DNA from: Methanomicrobiaceae archaeon
Lineage (GTDB): Archaea > Halobacteriota > Methanomicrobia > Methanomicrobiales > Methanoculleaceae
Direction of reading: 5' to 3'
Length of the DNA: 64,000 nt
Assembly: GCA_022837745.1 (NCBI GenBank)
Contig: JALHIW010000005.1
Span: forward strand, 16,458 to 80,457
Both the position numbers and the translations under genes were made by a program. Of the stretch, positions 1 to 10,212 are shown one piece after another; the stretch's first letter is position 1; every line of letters begins with the position of its first letter. Below the pieces are notes generated by a model. It was not told the DNA's origin. It did not search any database and worked only from the letters and a program-made list of their open reading frames with translations.

Positions 1-671
1 AGATGCTCGTTTGTCTCGATGAGACCCTTGATTATCTCTGCCGGGGTGATATCGAAGTACGGAACAGGGTCGTGGACGTTCTCACAGTTCAGCCCCCATC
101 CCCAGGCCTCGGTTCCACCGGGATTGACGGCCTTGATGGCGAACCCCCGGGTTGCACGGAGTAGCCAGGCAGTATACGCTGCGTTGTTCTCGATCTCATG
201 GTTCTTGAGGTATTCAAGGGTGAACCAGTTGTTAGCGAAGACCGGCATCGCGGCGTTGTCGATGATCGGGGTATCCCGGATCTCCTCGTGAACATGGGGT
301 GAGTGGAGCGGCGGCATCGCCGCCTCGTTGACAAAGACATAGCCCATACGTGCGTAGTCGTAACCGGCCTTGAAGGTGGAGGGAACGGAGAAACCCATCT
401 CCATGCGGCTGCAGCGTTTCAGAGGACTCTTGAATAGTTTATCCTCCGGACGGAAGAGTCGGCCGACATTCACCTTCGGCCCGACCACGTGGGCATGAAT
501 GTCAATACCGCCTCCCATCACGGTCATACCGGATGCATCGATCGTTTCCGGATGCCGCAGAGCGCCTGTCTCCACGATCTTGCCGTCCCTGACCGCGATC
601 TCCATGCGGTCGCCCTTGATCCCCTGCAAGGGGTCAAAGACAAAACCGTTCTTGATCAAAAATTCGCTCAT
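1..671 (-). CDS. fwdA: Formylmethanofuran dehydrogenase subunit A, 5' part (runs off left edge)
   Basis: Manual translation from ATG 671: MSEFLIKNGFVFDP...GGIDIHAHVVGPKVNVGR (amidohydrolase metal motif); directly downstream of fwdB. Not given as one ORF in the track. Confidence 0.93.
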   Translation of the reverse strand, partial: MSEFLIKNGFVFDPLQGIKGDRMEIAVRDGKIVETGALRHPETIDASGMTVMGGGIDIHAHVVGPKVNVGRLFRPEDKLFKSPLKRCSRMEMGFSVPSTFKAGYDYARMGYVFVNEAAMPPLHSPHVHEEIRDTPIIDNAAMPVFANNWFTLEYLKNHEIENNAAYTAWLLRATRGFAIKAVNPGGTEAWGWGLNCENVHDPVPYFDITPAEIIKGLIETNEH

Positions 672-674
672 GCC

Positions 675-2045
675 TCAATCCTCCGCGGGGACTCCCTCCG
701 GCGTGGTCTTAGCCCGCTCTTTCGCGGCATCTTCCGCCTCCAGGTCACAGAGCCTCTGGTAGATCCGCTCGAAGAGCTCCTCGTCGCTGATAACGCCCTC
801 GGGTGGGTCGATGACCTTGCGGTACTGGATCGGGACATTATCCATACGATAGACGATACCGGGGACCTCGACACCGACAACGCCGACCGGGATGTGAAGG
901 TCAGAGATCTCGCTTGCCATGCATATGTTGGGGTCGATGGTGATCCAGGGATGCTTTCTTAGTTCCTTGACCGCCGCGATCGGGAAGTGAGCACCGGCGT
1001 CGGTCGCCACGTTGAAGAATGCATCTATCTCGCCGCGCATGGCAAGGTCGATGGAACTGGTCTCACCCGGGTTCATGTGGGCAATGTCACGCTTTGAGAG
1101 GTCCAGACAGTAGGGGAAGCCATACTGCCACGACCAGACCTGGTTTGGCCCGGTGATGTTGTAGTGACCGCGCATGGCCATGATCGTCCACTTGGTGAAG
1201 TCGTTGAGGTCACGCGTCAGGCTGATGGCGATGTCAATGTTGTGGTTCCGGCCATCAGTATGGCAGAGCCCCATGCCGTAGAAGATTGTACCGAAGCGGG
1301 CGTTTTTCATGATCTCGGCCACTTCGTGGATCTTCTCGCGCTTGATCCCGGCAACTTCCTCGGGGATCTCGTGGCCACGCACAACTGTGCGGAACGCATC
1401 GAAGAGGTCGTAGTCGTAGCCCTGCTTCACCTGGAGATAGATGTCCGCCACCCTGGCAGTGTCGGTGTAGCGGGGGTCAATGACGATGATCTTGCGGCTC
1501 TTGTGGCCCTTGCCGGTGAAGAAGCCACGGGGGAAGATCGAGTAGCGGGACATGTGCCGCGGGTGGGCATGGGCTGGGTTTGCACCCCAGTAGAGGATGA
1601 CGTCCGCCCGGTTCTTGACCTCCCCGAGGGTGCAACTCGGGTAACCGTTGTCGAATATGGCCAGAAGAGAACTCCCGTGACATATGGAGGCGCAGTTGTC
1701 GAGTATGGCACCCGCTTTCTCGCCGACCTTGGCCGCTGCGGCCATGCCCTCGCAGTTGGTCGATCCGAACCCGTAAATGAGGGGCTTCCTGGCGTTGTAT
1801 AGTACTCTCGCCGCGTAGTCTATAGCCTCGTCGTAGGAGATCTCCTTGTAGGTGCCGTCCGGCTGGCGGAGACGGGGCAATTTGACTCTCTCGCTGTCTG
1901 TTGCATGGTGGTAGATCTGGTTGCCAATGGCACAGGCATTCTCCACCTCAAGTATCTTCTTTCCATCGTCCGATACGGTCACGACAAGGTCGTCACAGCA
2001 GACACCGCAGTATGGGCATCCGACGTTCTCGATTCTCTTTGGCAT
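675..2045 (-). CDS. fwdB: Formylmethanofuran dehydrogenase subunit B (Mo/W-bis-PGD)
   Basis: N-terminal CPYCGVCCDD, CASICHG and WGANPAHAHPRH motifs; lies between fwdD and fwdA. Confidence 0.95.
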   Translation of the reverse strand: MPKRIENVGCPYCGVCCDDLVVTVSDDGKKILEVENACAIGNQIYHHATDSERVKLPRLRQPDGTYKEISYDEAIDYAARVLYNARKPLIYGFGSTNCEGMAAAAKVGEKAGAILDNCASICHGSSLLAIFDNGYPSCTLGEVKNRADVILYWGANPAHAHPRHMSRYSIFPRGFFTGKGHKSRKIIVIDPRYTDTARVADIYLQVKQGYDYDLFDAFRTVVRGHEIPEEVAGIKREKIHEVAEIMKNARFGTIFYGMGLCHTDGRNHNIDIAISLTRDLNDFTKWTIMAMRGHYNITGPNQVWSWQYGFPYCLDLSKRDIAHMNPGETSSIDLAMRGEIDAFFNVATDAGAHFPIAAVKELRKHPWITIDPNICMASEISDLHIPVGVVGVEVPGIVYRMDNVPIQYRKVIDPPEGVISDEELFERIYQRLCDLEAEDAAKERAKTTPEGVPAED

Positions 2046-2461
2046 TACTGTTCACCTCTCCACATTCCAACGGCCCCCTGGACAAGTTCAAGTGCGCTCT
2101 TGCGCCTCTCGCCCCTGGCAGATGGCTCGACCGTCACAGGGAAGCCGCTGTACTGGGGTTCCCCGGTTGCCTGCGTCCTTGGCGGGACGATCTGGTTTGC
2201 CCAGACACCCTGCGGGATGAATGCAAGACCAGGATAGAGAGTCTGGCGTCCCTTAACGACCTTGACAACCACACTCCCGCACTCGCTTGTCACCCGCACA
2301 AGCTGGTTAGGAACCAGGCCGAGCGCCTTGATGTCTTCATCATGCAGCTCGATGATCGAGCATGCCTCAAAGTATTCCGGGGTTGTTTTGCCCTTTTCCA
2401 TCGCGACACCTTCCTCGATGGAACGCTGGGTGATCATGTTCAGCGTAATCTTGTTCGCCAT
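2045..2461 (-). CDS. fwdD: Formylmethanofuran dehydrogenase subunit D
   Basis: 138-aa molybdopterin dinucleotide-binding domain (FIPQGVWAN); abuts fwdB. Confidence 0.92.
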   Translation of the reverse strand: MANKITLNMITQRSIEEGVAMEKGKTTPEYFEACSIIELHDEDIKALGLVPNQLVRVTSECGSVVVKVVKGRQTLYPGLAFIPQGVWANQIVPPRTQATGEPQYSGFPVTVEPSARGERRKSALELVQGAVGMWRGEQ

Positions 2462-3099
2462 AGTTTTTCCTCGATTTAGTTGGTGCGGCCGGTCTCCCGG
2501 AGTTCCGGTGAGATGGCCATGTGGAGCACGGTGAACCCGATAATGCCCTTTTCATCAGGCCCCCTGGATACCAGGAAGATTTACCGGGATTTGCCGTGCC
2601 CGGAACGCGGGTCCTCCCCCCTCACGTGGGGCCCCGCTTATTTGGGGGAAACGAAACTTCCGGGCGGAGCACCGGGTGGATCGTTTTAACATAGCTTGTA
2701 ATGGTTTGTATTTAACCATTCCGCATATGTAAGTAGATATATGTTACAACATTTACATTAAGGTTTTTTGATTTATCCTGCGGTGGCGAGGCGGCGAACC
2801 GGGAAGACCCCGACCAAACTGTGCGGGGATGAAAGCGGAAAACCGCCTCCACCTCGCCCCCTACTTTATAGTTTGCAGGCAGTTCACCGGCAGAGGGGGT
2901 CAGGAGCGTTCGTTTCCCGGATGGACCTGCCCGAGATCCGCCGTTCCTCTGCGAGAACCCCCAAAAGCCCCGCCCTGGAGGCGAGAGGTCGTTCACGCCC
3001 TCAGCCAGCCACAGATGATAATATAGAGACGCGTTACGTTTGATACAATAGCGGAGGGCCAGGATACCCCGGTCTTCAAAATTCAGCCCTTGGAGGGTA

Positions 3100-3420
3100 G
3101 AATTATATATTCCAAGGGTCAAACTTATGAGATTGGTTACTTTTAAGCACTATTTGTGGTTATTATCTGAACTATTGTTATTAATATATATTTTAATATT
3201 ATTTAATGCGTATCCAACATACATAACATATTGGTGCGCCGCATAACAGCCGGATCGACCGAAACTCTTTTAAATATTTCAGATAGATTATTCTGGTCTC
3301 AAAAATCCTACTTTTAAAATATCATAATAAGAATAAATTCTACATAGATAATACTTTTTAAGGGTAATATCTACTTTATTTCGCAAATTTTATTAACACA
3401 TCCTCTCTACCTTTATAGTC
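3100..3420. promoter_or_regulatory. AT-rich promoter region upstream of mcrB with several TATA-like boxes
   Basis: Strongly AT-rich tract in a GC-rich genome; TTTAAATA near 3269 and TTTATTAA near 3389. Exact start site not determinable. Confidence 0.5.
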
Positions 3421-3529
3421 CCTTCTGGGACGTGCAGTAGCGGTCTCTGGAGGATCCGGCGCGGATCGTTACCCCGTCGTATCCTGCATGAACAGAACGT
3501 AGTGATCAATGGTAAAAGGACGAAATACT

Positions 3530-4834
3530 ATGGCTAAATACACGGAAACAATCGATCTCTATTCTGATGATGGTAAACTGCTCAAAAGCGGCGTTACCCT
3601 CGACAGAATCAGCCCGCTGGTTAACCCGGCCACAGGTAAGATCATCGACCTGACCAAGAGAACAATCAGCGTCAACCTTGGCGGCATCCAGGATGCGCTC
3701 AGGACAGGAAAACTCGGAAAGGGCAAGATCAAGGGAAGGGAACTCGACCTCCCGATCATGGAGAACAAGGATGCGATCGTCAGCAGGATCAAAGAGATGG
3801 TCCGGGTTGAGGAGGGCGACGACACCGAGATCCTGGAGTTCAATGGGGGTAAACTCCTGCTTGTCCAGGTCCCGACAAAACGCCTGATCAACGCATCCAC
3901 ATATGATGCCGCAATCACCTCGGTCGCAGCCGCGACAACGCTCGCGATCGTTGATCAGTTCAACATCGACGCGTTTAACGCTTCCACCGTCAAAGCGGCC
4001 TGCTGGGGCAGTTATCCTCACACCCAGGACATGGAGGGTGCGCTTGTCACATCCATCCTCACGATCCCGCAGAACAATGAGGGCATCGGCTACGCGCTCC
4101 GCAACATCCCGGTCAACCATGTCGTCATGATGACAAACAAGAACGCTCTCCAGGGTGCAGCGCTATCATCCACCCTCGAGACCGCCGGGATCTTTGAGAT
4201 GGGATCCGCCATTGGGCCGTTTGAGCGCGCCCAGTTGCTTGCCTACGCATACCAAGGCCTGAACGCGAACAACCTGGTCTACGACCTAGTAAAGGCAAAT
4301 GGTGAGAATGGGACGATCGGAACCGTCGTCCAGAGCCTGGTCGAACGCGCCATCGAGGATAAGGTCATCACCCCCGGCAAAAAGGGCGGCTACTTCCAGT
4401 TCTACGACACGAAGGACCCGATGCTCTGGAACGCCTACACCGCTGCAGGAACCATGGCAGCCACCATCGTCAACTGCGGTGCCGGACGGTTCGCACAGGC
4501 GGTCTCGTCGACGCTCCTCTACTTCAACGACCTGCTCGAGCATGAGACCGGTCTCCCGAGCACCGACTACGGCCGTGTGATGGGTACTGCCGTGGGGTTC
4601 TCGTTCTTCAGCCACTCCATCTACGGCGGCGGCGGTCCCGGTATATTCAACGGCAACCATGTCGTGACCAGACACGCGAACGGCGTGGCCATCCCGTGCG
4701 TCGTCGCCGCGATGGCGCTCGATGCCGGAACCCAGATGTTTTCGCCAGAGAGCACCTCGAAACTCTTCGCCGAGACCTACGGTAAGGTCGACGTCTTCAA
4801 CAAGCCGATCCAGCAGATCGCAAACGGAGCCTGA
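3530..4834 (+). CDS. mcrB: Methyl-coenzyme M reductase beta subunit
   Basis: MAKYTETIDLY start; FSFFSHSIYGGGGPGIFNGNHVVTRH signature; 434 aa, normal length. Confidence 0.98.
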   Translation: MAKYTETIDLYSDDGKLLKSGVTLDRISPLVNPATGKIIDLTKRTISVNLGGIQDALRTGKLGKGKIKGRELDLPIMENKDAIVSRIKEMVRVEEGDDTEILEFNGGKLLLVQVPTKRLINASTYDAAITSVAAATTLAIVDQFNIDAFNASTVKAACWGSYPHTQDMEGALVTSILTIPQNNEGIGYALRNIPVNHVVMMTNKNALQGAALSSTLETAGIFEMGSAIGPFERAQLLAYAYQGLNANNLVYDLVKANGENGTIGTVVQSLVERAIEDKVITPGKKGGYFQFYDTKDPMLWNAYTAAGTMAATIVNCGAGRFAQAVSSTLLYFNDLLEHETGLPSTDYGRVMGTAVGFSFFSHSIYGGGGPGIFNGNHVVTRHANGVAIPCVVAAMALDAGTQMFSPESTSKLFAETYGKVDVFNKPIQQIANGA

Positions 4835-4850
4835 ACGAACAGAGGTTCGA

Positions 4851-5318
4851 ATGACAGACGCCACATTTCCACAGGTCAGGATTGTGCCCCTGAGGTTGCT
4901 CAAACCCGTGACCGCAGAAAGCCTGCTGAATAAACTTGCCGGCATTACCGGTGTCCGCCGGATTCTGGTCCGCGGCCCCGGTCTTCCAGAGGACGTCCCC
5001 TACGGCCCGGCACGAGGAAACCCGAACCCGCACCATGACCGCAGGACGATTAACGTCGGCGATACCGAGATCGCGTTGCGCGTTCAGGTTGGTGAGGTTA
5101 TCCTTGAGGTCGAGGACGACTCCGCAATAACCGAGATCCGGTCGATCTGTGACAACTTCTTCGTGAACTACCCTTACCAGATCCTGATGGGCAGGTTCAT
5201 GAAGACCGATCCGACGCTCGTTGACTACGCGAGGTATGGACCAGATGCCGATCCCGATCTCATCGGTCTCGCTGATCCCCGGAGCAGGGACGGCCCGGTT
5301 ATCATCAGGACTGAATAA
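4851..5318 (+). CDS. mcrD: MCR operon protein D
   Basis: VPYGPARG and GRFMKTDPTLVDYARYG motifs; lies between mcrB and mcrG. Confidence 0.93.
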   Translation: MTDATFPQVRIVPLRLLKPVTAESLLNKLAGITGVRRILVRGPGLPEDVPYGPARGNPNPHHDRRTINVGDTEIALRVQVGEVILEVEDDSAITEIRSICDNFFVNYPYQILMGRFMKTDPTLVDYARYGPDADPDLIGLADPRSRDGPVIIRTE

Positions 5319-5405
5319 CTGCTGTTAAGATGCAGGATTTCGGAAATATGGCTGAAAACTCATTCAAAAGAGGATATATCTACCAACTTTGAGGTGAATG
5401 AAACA

Positions 5406-6101
5406 ATGGAATACAAGCCCCAGTACGGTCCCGGGACATCGATTGTCGCCGAGAACCGACGTAAACAGATGAACCCCGACTACAAACTTGAGAGGGTTCG
5501 CTCAGTAACAGATGAAGATGTTGTGTTGATTCTGGGTCACCGGGCCCCTGGTTCTGCATACCCCTCTGCACACCCGCCGCTTGCCGAACAGCAGGAGCCA
5601 GACTGCCCAATGCGCAGGCTCGTCAAGCCAACCGAGGGTGCAAAGGCCGGTGACCGCGTCCGCTACATCCAGTTCACGGACTCGATGTTCAACGCGCCAT
5701 CACAGCCCTACCAGAGGACATACACCGAGTGCTACCGCTTCCGCGGTATCGACCCGGGCACGCTCTCCGGCCGCCAGATCGTCGAGTGCCGTGAGCGTGA
5801 CCTGGAGAAGTACGCAAAAGAACTTGTCGAGACCGAGCTGCTCGACCCGGCCCGCACAGGCATCCGCGGTGCGACGGTGCACGGCCACTCGCTCCGCCTT
5901 GCCGAGAACGGCATGATGTTTGATATGCTCCAGAGGAGCGTCCTTGGCGAGGACGGGATCGTCCGCTACGTCAAGAACCAGATCGGCGAGCCGCACTCGC
6001 TCGTAGGTACACCCTACCGCGATGACAGAGAGTACATCGAATACATCCAGCGCATCCACTCGCTGCGGACGAAATACGGCTTCATGCCGAAAGAGGAGTG
6101 A
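5406..6101 (+). CDS. mcrG: MCR gamma subunit with an apparent in-frame internal deletion
   Basis: [10 protein letters not shown] start and [12 protein letters not shown] motif; GAGGTGA SD at 5391; only 231 aa, with QIGEP joined directly to HSLVG. Confidence 0.9.
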   Translation: MEYKPQYGPGTSIVAENRRKQMNPDYKLERVRSVTDEDVVLILGHRAPGSAYPSAHPPLAEQQEPDCPMRRLVKPTEGAKAGDRVRYIQFTDSMFNAPSQPYQRTYTECYRFRGIDPGTLSGRQIVECRERDLEKYAKELVETELLDPARTGIRGATVHGHSLRLAENGMMFDMLQRSVLGEDGIVRYVKNQIGEPHSLVGTPYRDDREYIEYIQRIHSLRTKYGFMPKEE

Positions 6102-6106
6102 TCAAA

Positions 6107-7752
6107 ATGGCAAAGATTGAGAGAACCCAGAAGTTGTTCCTGAAATCCCTCAAGGAGAAGTTCCAGGGGCAGGAGATCGAGTCTGAGACCGCCGAATTTT
6201 ACAAGTTCAACGGCGTCCGCCAGTCTCCCCGCAAGATGGAGTTTATGAAGGCGAGCCGTGCCATCGAGATGGACCGCGGCATCCCCATGTACGACCCGGA
6301 GCGCTGCCACCTCGGCGGAATACCCATGGGTCAGCGCCAGCTGATGACCTACGAGGTCTCCGGCACCGGCGTCTTCGTGGAGGGCGACGACCTGCACTTC
6401 GTCAACAACGCTGCGATGCAGCAGTTCTGGGACGATATCCGCAGGACGGTCCGGAGACCATCAACGAGTACCTCCACATCCTGAACCACGCAATGCCCGG
6501 TGCGGCAGTTGTCCAGGAGCACATGGTCGAGACCCACCCCGGCCTTGTCGATGACTGTTACGTCAAGGTTTTTACAGGCGACCAGGAGCTCGTAGACGAC
6601 CTGGAGCCCGAGTTTGTCATCGATATCGAGAAACTCTTCCCCACAAAGCAGGCAGAGGAACTCAGGGCAGAAGTCGGCAAAGCCCTCTACCAGGCGATCC
6701 ACATCCCGACAACGGTTGTCCGGACGTGTGACGGCGGAACCACATCCCGCTGGTCTGCGATGCAGATCGGTATGTCCTACATCGCCGCATACCGTATGTG
6801 TGCCGGTGAAGCGGCCGTCGCCGACCTCTCATTCGCGGCAAAGCACGCGGGCGTCGTCCATATGGCAAGCCTGCTGCCAGCCCGGCGTGCTCGCGGTCCG
6901 AACGAGCCCGGCGGCATCAAGTTCGGTCTCTTCAGCGACATCATCCAGGCGAACCGGAAGTACCCCAACGACCCCGCGAAGGCCTCGCTCGAGGTTGTCG
7001 GCGCCGGAACCATGCTCTTTGACCAGATCTGGCTTGGATCATACATGTCCGGCGGTGTCGGGTTCACGCAGTACGCGACCGCGGCCTACACCGACAACAT
7101 CCTGGATGAGTTCACATACTACGGTATGGACTACATCAAGGACAAGTACAAGGTCGACTGGAAGAACCCGAGCCCGAACGACAGAGTCAAGCCGACCCAG
7201 GAGGTCGTCAACGACATTGCAACCGAGGTCTCCCTCAACGCCATGGAGCAGTACGAGCAGTACCCGACCATGATGGAGGACCACTTCGGCGGGTCACAGC
7301 GCGCCGGTGTCATCGCCGCTGCATCGGGTCTCTCGACCTCGATTGCAACCGGGAACTCCAACGCCGGCCTGAACGCCTGGTACCTCTCCATGCTCCTCCA
7401 CAAGGACGGCTGGTCACGTCTCGGGTTCTTCGGCTACGACCTCCAGGACCAGTGCGGTTCCGCGAACTCACTCTCCGTTGAGCCCGACCGCGGTCTGATG
7501 GGCGAACTGCGTGGTCCGAACTACCCGAACTACGCGATGAACGTCGGCCACCAGGGCGAGTACGCTGCAATCGTCGGCGGTGCCCACTACGGCCGCGGTG
7601 ATGCGTTCTGCTACAGCCCCCTCGTCAAGATCTGTTTCGCCGACCCGTCGCTGAAGTTCGACTTCGCCGAACCACGCCGCGAGTTCGCAAAGGGTGCAAT
7701 CCGCGAGTTCATGCCTGCCGGCGAGCGTTCGCTCATCATACCGGCCCGATAA
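6107..7752 (+). pseudogene. mcrA: MCR alpha subunit, frameshifted near 6451
   Basis: First frame gives MAKIERTQK...DDIRRTV and then stops; a second frame resumes [23 protein letters not shown] through to ...[10 protein letters not shown]. May be an assembly artefact. Confidence 0.85.
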
Positions 7753-7770
7753 AAACCGAACTCCACTACC

Positions 7771-7782
7771 ACTTTTTATTTG
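7771..7782 (+). terminator. Oligo-T tract after mcrA
   Basis: ACTTTTTATTTG about 20 nt after the stop; archaeal intrinsic terminators are U-rich. Confidence 0.45.
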
Positions 7783-8095
7783 CACGTCCTCATAACCCCG
7801 CGATCGCAAACATTCCTGCCGATCAGACGGAGTTGGTGGAGCGAGTGGTTCTCACTCGCCCACGTATTATGATGGTGTAAATTCATATCACGAAGCCTGC
7901 CGATTTTCGGTATTTTATTCATACTTCCTGCCTCCCCGACCGCCGGGATGCCCGCCCCGGTCACCGGGAGGCGCGCGGGGGTTGGGTTGAGGCGCGTGGT
8001 TCCGGTGGGTAGATATGTCAGATCTGCGTTGCAGAAATACCCGGCGAAAGTGTGCCTGAGTTGGTGGGTGGGGATGCGGGTTGAAAATTAAATCT

Positions 8096-8399
8096 CGAAA
8101 ACGGCTTCCCACAACAGCTGGACACGTTAGACCATGAAAAATGCCCCCTACAGTGGACCGGAGGGGATATCGCCACGCACTGCCCCTGCCCCTAGGGGGC
8201 GGGGGAGGAGGCCGGAGGCCGGGCAGGGTGGGGGTCACAGGTATAGCCTTACGGGGTAGAGACAGGAAGGTGGAATACTCCCGACCCGCCAGGCCCAGAT
8301 CTGCTCTCGCAACGGGCCCATAAGTGATGGAGACAGGGGGGACCCCCCTCCCCGTCAGCCCCACCCCCAAAGGCGATATCCCCTCGGAAGCCGTTTTCG
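8096..8399 (+). ncRNA. SRP (7S)-RNA-like structured element with non-canonical cores
   Basis: Perfect 14-bp pairing 8096-8109/8386-8399, nested 14-bp pairing 8161-8174/8372-8385, and CCGCCAGGCCC...GCAACGG at the expected helix-8 position; the GGAAGGGA apex is missing. Confidence 0.45.
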
Positions 8400-8571
8400 G
8401 GCTTTCACATGGTCATTGCCGATATGATCGTAGGAAGCCGTTCCTGGCTCATATCCGGCACCCGTGAAATCCTTTTCCAGTCTTGCACTATCTCTCCCAC
8501 AGCACCACCAAACCTCCTATATCGCCGAGCCTCCAATACTCCTGCAAGAGACCGGAAAAGAGGTTCATCGA

Positions 8572-9660
8572 GTGACAACCACCGGCAACAGGATCGTGCT
8601 GCACGCCGACATGGACAGTTTCTTTGCCTCCATTGAGATTCTCCGCGACCCATCGCTTTCCGGGCGGCCGGTGATCGTGGGCGCCGACCCGAGGGGAGGG
8701 GCAGGCCGGGGGGTCGTGAGCACGTGCTCGTATGAGGCCAGGCGCTACGGGGTGCATTCCGGGATGCCCATCTCCCGGGCTTACGACCTCTGCCCCCACG
8801 GCATCTACCTCCCGGTGGATCGGCCGCTCTATCTCCAGGTCTCAGAGAGGGTCATGGCGATCCTCTCCCGGCACAGCAGGCTGTTTGAGCAGGTGAGCAT
8901 AGACGAGGCCTACCTCGATCTCAGCGATATCGGCGATTTCACAGCGGCAGAAGCGATTGCCGCCTCAATCAAGCAGGAGATCCGCGAAGTGACCGGGCTT
9001 ACCTGCTCGGTGGGGGTCGCCCCGGGAAAGACCGTGGCAAAGATAGCTTCCGATTACCGTAAACCAGACGGCCTGACGATCGTCCGCCCGGAAGAGGTCG
9101 CGGAGTTCCTGGCCCCCCTCCCCGTGGAGAAGATCCCGGGGATCGGGAGACGGAGCGGGGAGGAACTCCAGCGGATGGGCATCGTGACCATCGGCGATCT
9201 TGCACACCGGGATATCCAGGAGATAGTAGCGCACCTCGGACGGCCGGGCATCCGGGTGCGCCGCCTCGCCGGGGGTATCGACGGCGCGGAGGTGCGGTCC
9301 AGGGAGGGGCGAAAGTCCATATCCCGGGAGAGGACTTTTGATGAGGATACCTCCGATCCGACGGTGATCCCTGAGACCCTGGCCGGGCTTGCGGAGAGTG
9401 TTGTGGAGATGCTTCGCTCCGCGGGTCTCCGGTGCCGTACGGTCACAGTCAAGGTGAGGTACAGAGGGTTTCAGACGTATACCCGTTCAAAGACTCTGGA
9501 GCGTTTCACCGCGGATCCGGGCGTGATCCAGAGGGCGGTTTCTGAACTTCTCCAGCCGTTCCTGAACGGCACTGACGTCCGGCTCGTCGGGATCCGGCTA
9601 TCAAACCTGGAGGGCGGCGGGCGCACCCGCCAGGCCTCGATCGAAGAGTTCTGCCCCTGA
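8572..9660 (+). CDS. dinB: Y-family DNA polymerase IV
   Basis: LHADMDSFFASIE, YEARRYGV, SIDEAYLD and KPDG motifs; GTG start after GAGGT. Confidence 0.95.
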   Translation: MTTTGNRIVLHADMDSFFASIEILRDPSLSGRPVIVGADPRGGAGRGVVSTCSYEARRYGVHSGMPISRAYDLCPHGIYLPVDRPLYLQVSERVMAILSRHSRLFEQVSIDEAYLDLSDIGDFTAAEAIAASIKQEIREVTGLTCSVGVAPGKTVAKIASDYRKPDGLTIVRPEEVAEFLAPLPVEKIPGIGRRSGEELQRMGIVTIGDLAHRDIQEIVAHLGRPGIRVRRLAGGIDGAEVRSREGRKSISRERTFDEDTSDPTVIPETLAGLAESVVEMLRSAGLRCRTVTVKVRYRGFQTYTRSKTLERFTADPGVIQRAVSELLQPFLNGTDVRLVGIRLSNLEGGGRTRQASIEEFCP

Positions 9661-9755
9661 GGATAGTAAAGAGCAAGATTTTCACCATCGCCCCGGCCGG
9701 TTTCAGGGTCGAGGGGACGGGACCGGGTTTTATCACACGCCGCACACAAACCCTC

Positions 9756-10193
9756 ATGATCGTGAGCCATACTCTCCAGGTGAGCCTTGACGCCTTTGAC
9801 CGTTCAGGACGCCCTCTCTGCGGCGACCGCCCCGACCAGAACGGCTTTTGCCGGCTCTGTCTCCGGTGCCCTTTTGCCGTGAGAGACGACGCCCGGGTCT
9901 ACTGCGAGCGGTTCGAGACCCCTATCCGGGCACGGGAGAAGTATGCCCTGCAGGGGTGGAAGAAGACACGCCGCAGGGTTCTTGAACGTGACAGAGAGCG
10001 CTGTGCCATCTGCGGCATGGGGCAGGACCTCCACATCCACCACATCGATCGCGACCCTTCAAACGATGACCTGACAAACCTCATGACGCTCTGCGCGATC
10101 TGTCATGCCAGGGTGCACACCGATCTCCGGTATGAGGGTGGAGAAGAAAGGGTGAGAAGGGTTCTGCAGGCCGCGATGAAACGAAACCGCTGA
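9756..10193 (+). CDS. HNH endonuclease with an N-terminal Cys cluster
   Basis: CAICG...LHIHHID...NLMTLCAICH HNH signature. Confidence 0.85.
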   Translation: MIVSHTLQVSLDAFDRSGRPLCGDRPDQNGFCRLCLRCPFAVRDDARVYCERFETPIRAREKYALQGWKKTRRRVLERDRERCAICGMGQDLHIHHIDRDPSNDDLTNLMTLCAICHARVHTDLRYEGGEERVRRVLQAAMKRNR

Positions 10194-10212
10194 GAAAACC
10201 CGTCGGGTGTTC

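Noticed and set aside
2545-2580. CUGAUGA on the minus strand in the long fwdD leader (hammerhead or Moco/Wco riboswitch?)
   Set aside because: No stem II followed by GAAA and no cleavage triplet geometry; no recognisable Moco-motif consensus
2990-3003. 14-bp direct repeat CGTTCACGCCCTCA, also at 46955-46968
   Set aside because: Only two copies in different contexts with no extension; chance cannot be excluded
2712-3122. 136-aa minus-strand ORF in the fwd-mcr intergenic region, and 7915..8370 over the SRP-like element
   Set aside because: No motifs or SD, atypical composition, and overlap with promoter or structured DNA
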